Shown piece by piece: positions 15,577 to 24,593 of a stretch of DNA of 32,000 nucleotides (its first letter is position 1; every line of letters begins with the position of its first letter). A model generated the notes under the pieces. It had not been told where the DNA came from and did not search any database. It was given only the letters and a program-made list of their open reading frames with translations. The stretch covers positions 3,270,001 to 3,302,000 of the forward strand of contig CP126532.1 of assembly GCA_030167145.1 (NCBI GenBank). The letters run 5' to 3'. Position numbers and translations under genes: made by a program. Source of the DNA: Ktedonobacterales bacterium. GTDB lineage: Bacteria; Chloroflexota; Ktedonobacteria; Ktedonobacterales; JADMIN01.

Positions 15577-16881
15577 GTGGACGACTTTGACATCGAGGTG
15601 ACACGGCTGCGGCGGGGCAGAGATGGCGCGCCGCCGGATGCGAGCGGCGTGACGGTCGCGCCCGATCCGCGCCGCCCGCGCGGGGATTCGCCACTGACCG
15701 ACCGTAGGAACACACGCACACGGCTGCTAGGCACGCTGGGCGCGGCGTGCGCGCTGCTGATCGCGCTGGCGGTGCTGGCCTCCACCGTGCCGCAGGCGCG
15801 CGATACTCTGCGTGGCATCGTCTACGGGCCGACCGCCACGCCGACGGCGACGCTGGGGCTGGGCGAACCGATCGTGTTCTTCGAGCATATGGTCCCCTGG
15901 GGGACGCTGAAGGTCAATGGTACGCAGGTGACGGTGTTAGATTTGGCGAATCCAGCATTTGCGCCTTCGGATGGATCGATAAGTTTTACAACCATTTTGC
16001 CACGCGGGCGCAATATGATTACTTACGACGCCGCGCCATGGCCGTCGCTGCGCTGTGTGCTGATGGTGCCAATTGCGGCGGGCAAGAGCACCTGTCCGCT
16101 GGTGCAACCTAGCCAAGATCAGCAGACGCATGTGATAGGCGAATCGCGGCTGGTGGACCTGGGCGCGACTGTGGATAACCTGCCGCCGGATGCGCTGGCG
16201 TCGCTGAAGAGCACAGTGACGCATCTCTTCAACGAATCCAGCGCCCCCGCGACGGTGCAGCCGGGGGAGCAGTACCTGACGGCGGATGGCACAACGGCGA
16301 CGGCGCAGCAACCGCTGCTGGCGACACTCTACCGCAAGGTGTTGGATGGGCAGTGTGGCGGCATCTGCCAGGTGGAGGGCGTGTCACCCGCGCGGATCGA
16401 TTTGTGGCCGGTCATCGTGGGGGTTGAGGAAGGCTATACATACACCACCACCGATGGAACGGTGATAGCCGCGAATGTGCCACTCGTGCCGCAGAAGCTA
16501 CGGCAGTCGAGCACGCCAGTTGATCAGTATACGGTATCGCTGTCTTGGAATGCTGGTTGGCAAGCAACAGTTGACGAAACATATACGACTCCACTGAGCT
16601 GCTACGCCGCGACCTACTGGCTGAATGGCGCATATGGCGGCACTATCGTACCGCAGATGACGGCGCAGTGGGCGGCGGCGAATCCAGCCGATGGCTGTGT
16701 GACGCGGGTGCAATTGATCGATACAGCGAACCAAACGCAAGGGCCGCCGATGTATCTGCTCTATCGCTTCGGCCAGATGTTCGTGGTGAATCAGTTGGCG
16801 GCAAGCTACTTCACCGGCATGCCCTTCGCCAACGCCTATGCCGAGGCGCTGGCGCAGCAGATCATTGCGCAGCACGCCTGA
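15577..16881 (+). CDS. hypothetical single-pass membrane protein, paralog 1 of 3 (short cytoplasmic N-terminus, one TM helix, Cys-containing extracytoplasmic domain)
   Basis: MDDFDIEVTRLRRGRDG...RRNTRTRLLGTLGAACALLIALAVLAS is a positive stretch followed by a TM helix. The remaining roughly 360 aa contain six Cys residues. The protein is collinear with the next two ORFs. I recognise no named family. Confidence 0.75.
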   Translation: MDDFDIEVTRLRRGRDGAPPDASGVTVAPDPRRPRGDSPLTDRRNTRTRLLGTLGAACALLIALAVLASTVPQARDTLRGIVYGPTATPTATLGLGEPIVFFEHMVPWGTLKVNGTQVTVLDLANPAFAPSDGSISFTTILPRGRNMITYDAAPWPSLRCVLMVPIAAGKSTCPLVQPSQDQQTHVIGESRLVDLGATVDNLPPDALASLKSTVTHLFNESSAPATVQPGEQYLTADGTTATAQQPLLATLYRKVLDGQCGGICQVEGVSPARIDLWPVIVGVEEGYTYTTTDGTVIAANVPLVPQKLRQSSTPVDQYTVSLSWNAGWQATVDETYTTPLSCYAATYWLNGAYGGTIVPQMTAQWAAANPADGCVTRVQLIDTANQTQGPPMYLLYRFGQMFVVNQLAASYFTGMPFANAYAEALAQQIIAQHA

Positions 16882-16940
16882 GCATGTACGGCTGATAGAG
16901 ATGATGGGCAATAGTGAGCGTGAGAGGTAAGGAGCGCGCG

Positions 16941-18260
16941 ATGGATGACTTCGAGATCGAGCGCACGCGGCTGCGTCCTGAGAGAGATGGCGCGTCACCG
17001 GAGGCGAGCGGCGTCACGCTCGCACCCGATCCGCACCGCCCGCGCGACGATTCGCCGCTGGCTCCGCATCGCAGGAACACACGCACGCGACTGCTAGGCA
17101 CACTGGGCGCGGCGTGTGCGGTGCTGGTGGCGCTGGTGCTGCTGGCCTCCACAGTGCCCCAGGCGCGCGACACCTTTCGAGGCCTGATTTCGGGGCCAAC
17201 GGCGACGCCAACGGCGACACTGGGGCTGGGCGTGCCAATCGTCTTCTTCGAGCATCTGGTTCCCTGGGGCACGCTGACAGTCAATGGCAAGCCAGTGGTG
17301 GCGCTGGATCTGGCGAACCCTTCATATTCGTCAGATGGCTCCGGGAGCTTTTCGCAGATTCTGGCGCGCGGGAAGAACACGATTGCCTACGATGCGCCGC
17401 CGTGGCCTCCGGTGCGTTGTGTGCTGCTGGTGCCTATCGTGGCGGGTAAGGATACCTGCACGCTGGCGCAGCCGACCGACCAGCAGCTTCCACGCATGGT
17501 GGGTGCTTCGCGGTTAGTAGACCTCGGCGCGACGATAGACACGTTGCCGCCCGATGCGCTGGCGTCGCTGAAAAGCGCGGCGGCGCACCTTTTCAACCAA
17601 TCCAGCGCGCCGGTGACGGTGCAGCCGGGAGAGCAGTATTTGACAGCGGATGGCACAACGGCGACGGCGAACCAACCGCTGCTAGCGACACTCTACCGCA
17701 AGGTGTGGGACGGGCAGGGGCAGGATCCCTGGTTTCATTGCGGGAGCATCTGCCCGGTGAATGGAGGGTCGCAGGCGCTGTCAGATGTGTGGCAGCTTGA
17801 AGCGGTGATCGCGAAAGGCTATCGCTACACCACGACCGCCGGAGCAGTGGTGCTTGCCGATGGCGCGCTGCTGCCGCCGAAGGTGACGGAGAATGGGTCC
17901 GCTGACGAAGATGCCTTTACGGCGACGTGGAATAATGGTTGGCAGGTGGCAAGCGGGAAAGTTGATAAGAGTCCATTGAGTTGTTCCGCGGAAATGTATT
18001 GGCTTGGCTACTATACCGGAGCGCCTGGCCCTCAAGAGACGGGCCAATGGGCGGCGGCGAATCCCGCCGATGGCTGTGTGGTGCGGATGCAATTGATCGA
18101 TACAGCGAACCAAACACCAGGGTCGCCGATGTATCTGCTCTATCGCTTCGGCCTGTTGTTCAATGTCAACCAGGCGGCGGCAAGCTACTATAGTTATCTG
18201 CCGTTCGCGAACCCGTATGCGGAGGCGCTGGCGCAGCAGATCATTGCGCGGTACGCCTGA
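16941..18260 (+). CDS. hypothetical single-pass membrane protein, paralog 2 of 3
   Basis: I place the start at ATG 16941 (MDDFEIERTRL, AAGGAG 7 nt upstream), not the track start 16914. The N-terminal roughly 255 aa and C-terminal roughly 70 aa are very similar to paralog 1. Confidence 0.75.
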   Translation: MDDFEIERTRLRPERDGASPEASGVTLAPDPHRPRDDSPLAPHRRNTRTRLLGTLGAACAVLVALVLLASTVPQARDTFRGLISGPTATPTATLGLGVPIVFFEHLVPWGTLTVNGKPVVALDLANPSYSSDGSGSFSQILARGKNTIAYDAPPWPPVRCVLLVPIVAGKDTCTLAQPTDQQLPRMVGASRLVDLGATIDTLPPDALASLKSAAAHLFNQSSAPVTVQPGEQYLTADGTTATANQPLLATLYRKVWDGQGQDPWFHCGSICPVNGGSQALSDVWQLEAVIAKGYRYTTTAGAVVLADGALLPPKVTENGSADEDAFTATWNNGWQVASGKVDKSPLSCSAEMYWLGYYTGAPGPQETGQWAAANPADGCVVRMQLIDTANQTPGSPMYLLYRFGLLFNVNQAAASYYSYLPFANPYAEALAQQIIARYA

Positions 18261-18325
18261 AAATGAGACACTGGCGCTGGCGCAGCAGATCATTGCGCGG
18301 TACGCCTGAAAATGAGACACTGGCG
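18228..18325 (+). repeat. perfect 49-bp tandem duplication (2 copies) spanning the last 8 sense codons and stop codon of paralog 2
   Basis: ctggcgcagcagatcattgcgcggtacgcctgaaaatgagacactggcg occurs at 18228..18276 and again, identical, at 18277..18325. Each unit begins and ends with ctggcg (microhomology). Confidence 0.95.
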
Positions 18326-18360
18326 CGGGCGTGTAACGAGGAGGCGGGAGGGAGCGCGCG

Positions 18361-19635
18361 GTGGACGACACTGAGTTCGAGGTCGGGGATCTCCAGCGCG
18401 AGGACGGCGGCGAAGCTGAGCATGCGGACGCGCGCAGGGCCGGATTGTTCGCGCGTTCGCGCCGGGTGCGCGGCATCCTCGTCGTTGGCTGTGTGCTGCT
18501 GGTGGCGGCGCTGCTGCTGGCCGCGCTCCCCAACTCGCGCGATACGCTGGCGAGTCTCTTCGGCAGGGCTACGCCGCCATCCGCCACGCAAGGGGTCAAG
18601 GCCGAGGCATATTACTTCGTCAATGGCGTGCCCTGGGGCACACTGCTGGTGGACGGCCACCCGAACACTACTACTCCACTCGTTCTTCAGCCTGGCCGTT
18701 ATACCATCAGCTACAACGCCGCGCCGTTCCGTCCGCTGCGCTGTGTGCTCAGCCTGCCAAAAGTGGATGCAGATACTTGTCGTATCACGTCGGTTTCGCT
18801 GCCATCTATGACCGACCAGGGGACGCCAGAGGACGGCTATGCTTCCGCGATAGATCTGCGCGCAGATCTATCTGGCCTGCCATCAGATCAGTTTCAGGCG
18901 CTGCAAACCGCCATCGAGGCTGCTGTAACAACAACGCTCCCACCCGCGACGGTACAGCCCGGCGACCACTACGAGGGTGCGGACGGCAGCGCACAGATTG
19001 CCACGCGGGCGCTGATCGCCACGATCAGTTACTATCCCGATACCGCCGCTGGGTTGGTGAATGGCGTGTATCAGGGCACCCTTTGCCGTATCATGCTCTG
19101 CCAGAGTGCGAACGAACGCTACGATCCGCAACAGGATTGGGGTGTGGAAACACCTGTCGCCGCCCACTGGCAATTCACCACGCCTGACGGCCAGGTGATC
19201 GCAGCGCCGCCAGCCAGCAATCCGAACAGTGGCGCATATGACCAGGGAGCCTGGGAGGGCGCTACCGTGCAGTGGAATAATGGCTGGCAGGTTAGCGATA
19301 CCATCGCCGATCCCACCAGCCAACAGGCGTACAATGCGTCATGCAATCTCGCTGCTAGCGCCACCTACGCCATTTCGCGAGCGCAGCAGCCCACTGCCAG
19401 TAATCCTGAGGTGATGGAGGTAGATGCGGACACACCCGCATCAGGCTGCCTCATCGCATGGGCGCCCGCGCCCGCGCTCGGTGTGTACCCGAAGTGGAGC
19501 TATCTGCTCTATCGCTTCGGCGTGCTGCTGGCGGCCAACGATCAGGCGCACTACAACTTCCCGCTACTGCCCGTGGCCACCAAGGGCGAGCGTGCGCTGG
19601 CGCAGCAATGGGCGGCGCGGCAAGGTCTGGCGTGA
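18361..19635 (+). CDS. hypothetical single-pass membrane protein, paralog 3 of 3 (most divergent)
   Basis: GTG start preceded by gggagggagcgcgcg. MDDTEFEVGDLQRE...ILVVGCVLLVAALLLAAL is the TM helix. It shares VPWGTLLVDG, the LRCVL...DTC pair, LPxDxxxxLxxxxxxxxxxxxxPATVQPGxxY, WNNGWQV, YLLYRFG and ALAQQ with paralogs 1 and 2. Confidence 0.75.
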   Translation: MDDTEFEVGDLQREDGGEAEHADARRAGLFARSRRVRGILVVGCVLLVAALLLAALPNSRDTLASLFGRATPPSATQGVKAEAYYFVNGVPWGTLLVDGHPNTTTPLVLQPGRYTISYNAAPFRPLRCVLSLPKVDADTCRITSVSLPSMTDQGTPEDGYASAIDLRADLSGLPSDQFQALQTAIEAAVTTTLPPATVQPGDHYEGADGSAQIATRALIATISYYPDTAAGLVNGVYQGTLCRIMLCQSANERYDPQQDWGVETPVAAHWQFTTPDGQVIAAPPASNPNSGAYDQGAWEGATVQWNNGWQVSDTIADPTSQQAYNASCNLAASATYAISRAQQPTASNPEVMEVDADTPASGCLIAWAPAPALGVYPKWSYLLYRFGVLLAANDQAHYNFPLLPVATKGERALAQQWAARQGLA

Positions 19636-19723
19636 GCGCGACGTGAGAGCAGATCATACTCAGTCCAGTTGGGTTTTCGGATCGGGGTAGTGACGATGCA
19701 AGCGAGTGCGAGAAGGAGGAACA

Positions 19724-20521
19724 TCAGGCGAGCAAAGGTTCATCGGGCCGAAGAAAGATTTCCAGCCGCTCGCCACGCAGCACTGGGGCGGTATCGTAGA
19801 TGTTGAGTTGGGCGGCAAAGGACACATCTTCGCCCAGCCCTTTGTCGCGCAACTCCTGCCCGCTTTCGCATTCCCAGAGGACCGCTTCGAGGTGATCTTG
19901 CATCGCCTGGAAGGTCGCGCAACACGCTTGCGCTTCGATGGTCTGGGCGAAAGGCAGCGCTGAGAGCACCGCGCCCGCGCCAAGGTAATCTTCCAGGGCA
20001 AAGCGCAGGATGCCCTCTTCATCAGGAACTCGCCAGCGTTCACCACACGCCAGGAGCGTGGCATTGAGCCGACTGGCGGTAGTGAGCAGGTGGGCGACAG
20101 CTTTGGCCACCGCCTGCGCGTTGACCAGCGCGCCCACAAAGAGCGCGGCGGCGTGGGCGCCATACTGGCAGCAGGTGGATCCATTGGGGGACGGCAGCAC
20201 CACGCGCGTGCCTGGCTCGATCCCCAAATATGAACGCGGCGAGAGGGTGAAGCGGGTGGGCACGGACGAATGGGGGCTTGGGTTTTGGCTGTGGAGGGCA
20301 ACTACGCCGCCCACGCGCTCAGCAAGGGCAGTGAACAGCGCCTCATCGGGCGGGGAGGGGTAGATCAGCGCGCCGTGGTGGACGGCGGTCGCGGCGGCGG
20401 TGGAGAAGCGCAGCGTATCTATGACGACCAGGATGTCGCCCCGTTCCGCCGCGGCTTGCGCGCCGCGTCGTCCCCAGGCAAGGTGGACGCGAGGGATCTC
20501 GCCGTTGTGTTCGTGTGGCAC
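19724..20521 (-). CDS. 2-phosphosulfolactate phosphatase (ComB) family protein
   Basis: GDILVVIDTLRFSTAAATAVHHGA fits the ComB-family N-terminal motif (VVIDVLRAT-like), and the size of about 265 aa is appropriate. GTG start with GGGAG 10 nt upstream. The family call is from memory of the motif only. Confidence 0.65.
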   Translation of the reverse strand: MPHEHNGEIPRVHLAWGRRGAQAAAERGDILVVIDTLRFSTAAATAVHHGALIYPSPPDEALFTALAERVGGVVALHSQNPSPHSSVPTRFTLSPRSYLGIEPGTRVVLPSPNGSTCCQYGAHAAALFVGALVNAQAVAKAVAHLLTTASRLNATLLACGERWRVPDEEGILRFALEDYLGAGAVLSALPFAQTIEAQACCATFQAMQDHLEAVLWECESGQELRDKGLGEDVSFAAQLNIYDTAPVLRGERLEIFLRPDEPLLA

Positions 20522-20577
20522 AGAAGGAAACTCCCTTGCACCTGTTTTCAGGGTGCAAAATCAAACTGGACCCAGTA

Positions 20578-21687
20578 CTATTCCATTGCGTCGCAGATCA
20601 AGTTCTGGAAGTGGCGCAGAGCTTTCTCGCGCGAGAGCATCAGCTTGCCGCGCTCGAAGTAGCCGGACTGCATGCCACGTTGCACTGATTCGCAGAGCAC
20701 GATGTCTTCTTCCTGCACCTGATCTATGAAGCGCACGAAATCGCGCTCCTCCTGCTCGCTGACGGCATCGGCGAAGCAGTAGTCGTAGACGGCGAGGGTG
20801 CGATCTACGGCGAGCGGCACGAAGAGATTGAGGGAGACATTGCCGGGGCCAGGGTAGATGTTGATGGTGAAGTTGGGCCAGAGGTAAGCGTAGAAGCCCT
20901 CCTGCACCCCCTGGCTGGCATCGTAGAGGTTTGCCGCTTTGCCTTCGCGTGCCGTTTGCTTCACCGCGCCGTTCTGCGTGGAGAAGTATTCGTATTCGGT
21001 GACGGTATAGTGGTTCACGTCAATCAGGTCGCAGAAGGAGGGGTGCGCCACCGCGCAATGATAGCACTCAAGATAGTTGTCCACGACGGCTTTCCAGTTC
21101 GCCCCGATCTCATAGGTCCGGCGGACACGGCGCTTGATTGTGCTGAGGTCCAGTCCGGTGGCGTCCACCAGGGCCGGCAGCTCGCCGAGATACGCGCTGA
21201 GCGGGCGGGCGGCGCGGTCGGGGTTGGCGAAGATGAACGGCCCCCAGGTCTCGACGCGCACCGGAAAGAGTGAGAATGCGCTGGCGTCGAAGTCCGGTTC
21301 GTCCTTGGAGGAGGGCGCGGCGCGCAGGGTGCCGTCGAGGTTGTATGTCCAGGCGTGGTAGTGGCATTGCAGCGTCGCGCGGCTGCCGCACTCGGCTAAG
21401 ACGAGTTGCGAGCCGCGATGGCGGCAGACATTGGCGAAGGCGCGCACGTCGCCATCTTTGTCGCGCAGGATCACCACGGGAACCTCGCCGATGGTGCAGG
21501 TGAAGAAATCACCGGGTTTGGCGATCTGCTCGGTCAGGCCGACGTACTGCCAACTCTTGCGGAAAATGCGCTGCCGTTCACGCGTGAACATCGCTGGATC
21601 GGTATACCAGTCCGCTGGCAGCGTGTAGCCCTGCGCGAGGGATGCGCGAACGGAGGTCTGGGGGGTGGTGGTGGGAACGTCGGCCAT
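20578..21687 (-). CDS. Rieske [2Fe-2S] non-heme iron oxygenase, alpha-subunit type (homomeric class, CMO/GbcA-like size)
   Basis: The Rieske motif CRHRGSQL...CHYHAWTY is present, followed by a catalytic domain with NYLECYHCAVAHP (a mononuclear iron His pair). AGGAG lies 10 nt upstream of ATG 21687. No beta subunit gene is nearby. Confidence 0.85.
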   Translation of the reverse strand: MADVPTTTPQTSVRASLAQGYTLPADWYTDPAMFTRERQRIFRKSWQYVGLTEQIAKPGDFFTCTIGEVPVVILRDKDGDVRAFANVCRHRGSQLVLAECGSRATLQCHYHAWTYNLDGTLRAAPSSKDEPDFDASAFSLFPVRVETWGPFIFANPDRAARPLSAYLGELPALVDATGLDLSTIKRRVRRTYEIGANWKAVVDNYLECYHCAVAHPSFCDLIDVNHYTVTEYEYFSTQNGAVKQTAREGKAANLYDASQGVQEGFYAYLWPNFTINIYPGPGNVSLNLFVPLAVDRTLAVYDYCFADAVSEQEERDFVRFIDQVQEEDIVLCESVQRGMQSGYFERGKLMLSREKALRHFQNLICDAME

Positions 21688-21845
21688 AGTGTGCTGCTCC
21701 TATGAAGTATCCGCATCGTGGCGTAAGCATGAGAGGCGTGCCCCCATAGTGTCGCGTTATGCCTGGCTGCGTGTCAACTGATCGGGCTGGTGGGCGCTGA
21801 ATGTGATGGAACGCATTTGGCTATGAGGTGGGGTGAGGGGGCGCT

Positions 21846-23237
21846 ATGGCAAGCAATACCACGGGTCCAGATGCGATTGGGCAGAGCAGCGGGGCAAGCG
21901 GGCTGATGAAGCGGTTGTTCATCAATCGCGACTTCGGGCTGCTCTGGGGCGGGCAGGCGATCTCGAATCTGGGGGATGTGGTATTCGATACGGCGCTGCT
22001 GCTGTGGGTCGGCGCGTTTCTGGCGGCGGGAAAATCCTGGGCGCCGCTGGCGATGAGCGCCATTTTGCTGGCAGCGGTGGTGCCGCAGGTGGTGGCGGGG
22101 CCGATTGCGGGGGTCTTCGTGGACCGCTGGGACAAGCGCCGCACGATGATGGCGATGGATGCGGCGCAGGCGGCGCTGGTGGGGCTGCTGGCGGTGGCGG
22201 TGGACATCTCACATCTGCCGCTGATGGGGGCACGGCGGCTCCCGGATGGGTTGCTGCTGACGCTGGCCTGTGGCGATGTGCTGCTGGTCTCAATCTGCGC
22301 GCAGTTCTACCGTCCGGCGCGTTTCGCACTGGTGGGCGATCTGGTTCCAGACGACGATCTGCGCCCACGCGCCATCTCGATGAGCCAGGCGCTCGATGGA
22401 CTGGCGGTGATCTTCGGGCCGCCCATTGCCGCCGCGCTGGTCTTTGGCCTGGGCGTGCAATGGGCGCTGGTGGTCAATGCGCTCTCGTTTGCGGCATCGT
22501 TTGGGTTTGCCGTCCGCATCCGCGCGCCGAGGGCAGCGCGCAGTGTCGCGCCGGGGCAGCATGGGGATTTTGCGCGCGAGTTTCGGGCGGGATTCCGTTA
22601 TGTGGCGCGGCATCGGGTGCTGCGGACGCTGCTGGTCGCGGTGGTGCTGGCGTGGCTGGGGTTCGGCGCGTTGCAGGTGCTGGGCTACTTCTTCGTCACC
22701 GAAAACCTGGGCGCGTCGCCTGCGCTCTTTGGCTGGCTCGGCTCGTGCTTCGGCGTCGGCGCGGTGGGCGGGGCGGTGCTGGTGACGATCTACGGCAAGC
22801 GGATTGGGCTGGCGCGCATCCTCTGGATGTCGCTGGTGGTGTCGGGCATTTTCGTCGCCGTGCTGGGGCATCTGACCTCGATTGGCCCGGCGCTGGTGGC
22901 GGCGGTGATCTTTGGCGTGTCGGCGACGACGGTGATCATCGCGTCGGGGCCACTGATTCTGGACGTGACCGAGCGCGAGTTTGTGGGGCGCGTGACTTCG
23001 GTGATTACCCCGATTGGCAGGCTGGCGGCGCTGATTTCGATTGCGATTGCCGGGTATCTGGTGAGCGAGGTGCTGGCTGGCGTGGATATTTCGGTGCTGG
23101 GGGTGAACTTCAATGCGGTTACACTGGTGTTCACTGGCATGGGACTGCTGGCCGTCGCGGGTGGCCTCTATGCACGCGCCAATTTGGACGACGCCAAGCC
23201 GCCAGACGGAGTGGGCGCGGCGGATCACGGCGGATAA
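21846..23237 (+). CDS. MFS transporter
   Basis: The 463-aa ORF has about 12 hydrophobic segments. The N-terminal LFINRDFGLLWGGQAISNLGDVVFDTALLLWV and GVFVDRWDKRRTMM are typical of the MFS_3/EntS-like group. Confidence 0.85.
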   Translation: MASNTTGPDAIGQSSGASGLMKRLFINRDFGLLWGGQAISNLGDVVFDTALLLWVGAFLAAGKSWAPLAMSAILLAAVVPQVVAGPIAGVFVDRWDKRRTMMAMDAAQAALVGLLAVAVDISHLPLMGARRLPDGLLLTLACGDVLLVSICAQFYRPARFALVGDLVPDDDLRPRAISMSQALDGLAVIFGPPIAAALVFGLGVQWALVVNALSFAASFGFAVRIRAPRAARSVAPGQHGDFAREFRAGFRYVARHRVLRTLLVAVVLAWLGFGALQVLGYFFVTENLGASPALFGWLGSCFGVGAVGGAVLVTIYGKRIGLARILWMSLVVSGIFVAVLGHLTSIGPALVAAVIFGVSATTVIIASGPLILDVTEREFVGRVTSVITPIGRLAALISIAIAGYLVSEVLAGVDISVLGVNFNAVTLVFTGMGLLAVAGGLYARANLDDAKPPDGVGAADHGG

Positions 23238-23252
23238 CGGCGCGGCGCAGGC

Positions 23253-24407
23253 TCACAGCCTGTAGAGTCGGAGCGCGTTCTCGCGCAGGATTGCGCGGCC
23301 CGCCGCTTCGGCATCGGCGGCGCTCAGGTCGCCATAGGCGACGCTCTCGCCCAATACCTGGCCCAGCACGCGCCGCCCGGTGTGCGCGCTGCTCCAATGC
23401 AGTTCCGGCACGCCAACGCCGTCTGAGCTATAGAGCAGCTTCGAGACCGGCGCGACTCCTAGCGCCGCGCGGGTGAAGGCCAGCATCTCCGCATAGCTCA
23501 GGAACGGAATCCCATACGAGAGGTCGAGATAGACGTTTTCGTAGACCGCCGCCAGATAGCCGCCCTCGCGGGTGTACGGATAGCATTCGTGCAGCAGCAC
23601 CACCGGCATGCCGCGATAGGCGCGCGTCTCCAGCACTGCTCGCAGGTGCAGCGGATTCGCCAGCAGCAGATCGGCGTCGGTATCGCCATAGCCGGTGTGA
23701 AACTGCACCGGAACCTCCTGCCGCGCGGCTTCGGCGAAGGCCACATGGAGCAACGTGTCGAGCAGCGGCTGGTGTGTCAGCCGTAGCACGCCGCGCTGCT
23801 CCACCTCGCGCCGCGCCTCCATGAAGCTGGCGCCGGCGTCGTGCCGATCCCAGACGCGAATTGCCAGCCCGGTGCGATAGGCGGCGATGCTCTTCAGCGC
23901 CACATAGCCCGCCGCGCGCACATCGGCGAGCGCGACGCGCAGCGCCTCTTCCACCGCGTCCAGTGTGTTGTGCGCGGCGATCAATTCTTGCATCAGCGTT
24001 TCCAGCCGCAGCATCGGCGCGACCCGGCAGCCCGCCAGCGCCGCGACCTCGGCATCGGGCATGACCAGTCCACGCGGCGGGTAGCCCTGGTCTACGAGCA
24101 GCGTTTCGATACGCGCCGCCCGCAGCAGTGCGGCGATCAGTTCGCGCGCATCGCGGCGTTCCCGCGCGGCGACCACCGACGCTTCATCCGCCGCGCAGCC
24201 GAGGAATGCTGCCATCTCGCGCAGCAGCCGGTGATAGAAGAGCGTGGTGGCGGTGTGTTCGTCGCGCATGCCCGCGTCACCGGACTCCGTGAAGTGCCGC
24301 CGCCATGCCTGCGCGCTCGTTGCTGCCTGCATCGCGTAGAGGCCGTGGCAATGGTTATCCACCACGGGAATCGCCGAGAGGTCCAGCGCATCCATAGCGG
24401 CTTTCAC
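23253..24407 (-). CDS. amidohydrolase family protein (amidohydrolase_2 / FluG N-terminal-like)
   Basis: IPVVDNHCHGL is the metal-binding HxH near the N-terminus, followed by VQFHTGYGD and VVLLHECYPY. The start is either GTG 24407 or ATG 24395. Confidence 0.7.
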   Translation of the reverse strand: MKAAMDALDLSAIPVVDNHCHGLYAMQAATSAQAWRRHFTESGDAGMRDEHTATTLFYHRLLREMAAFLGCAADEASVVAARERRDARELIAALLRAARIETLLVDQGYPPRGLVMPDAEVAALAGCRVAPMLRLETLMQELIAAHNTLDAVEEALRVALADVRAAGYVALKSIAAYRTGLAIRVWDRHDAGASFMEARREVEQRGVLRLTHQPLLDTLLHVAFAEAARQEVPVQFHTGYGDTDADLLLANPLHLRAVLETRAYRGMPVVLLHECYPYTREGGYLAAVYENVYLDLSYGIPFLSYAEMLAFTRAALGVAPVSKLLYSSDGVGVPELHWSSAHTGRRVLGQVLGESVAYGDLSAADAEAAGRAILRENALRLYRL

Positions 24408-24473
24408 CTTTCAAGGCGGGCTTTCTACTGGGTTGGCGAGTGGTTCAGCCGTTCATCTGCTCCCATTGCTCGC

Positions 24474-24502
24474 TTGACATCTGCTCTCACCTTGCCTATC
24501 GT
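24474..24502 (+). promoter_or_regulatory. sigma70-like promoter TTGACA-17 nt-TATCGT upstream of the GS-like gene
   Basis: The sequence is ttgaca(24474..24479)-tctgctctcaccttgcc-tatcgt(24497..24502). It implies a leader of about 85 nt. Confidence 0.45.
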
Positions 24503-24593
24503 ACATCATCATAGCGGATTGTACGCGCGCAGTGCGTCCCTTCAGCGAGCAAACGTCTTCATCCTCATCGCGAATAGCAAGGTGGGAAGGCAT

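Noticed and set aside
23841-24593. N-terminal 251 aa of the 704-aa track ORF containing the GS-like gene
   Set aside because: The extension runs antisense through the amidohydrolase gene and across the promoter-bearing spacer. GS homology begins at MDAQTVLEH (ATG 24594), which has its own RBS.
24509-24593. Leader of the GS-like gene as a glutamine (glnA-type) riboswitch
   Set aside because: I could not find the conserved glnA-RNA core elements by eye. Only an Rfam scan could settle this, so no claim is made.
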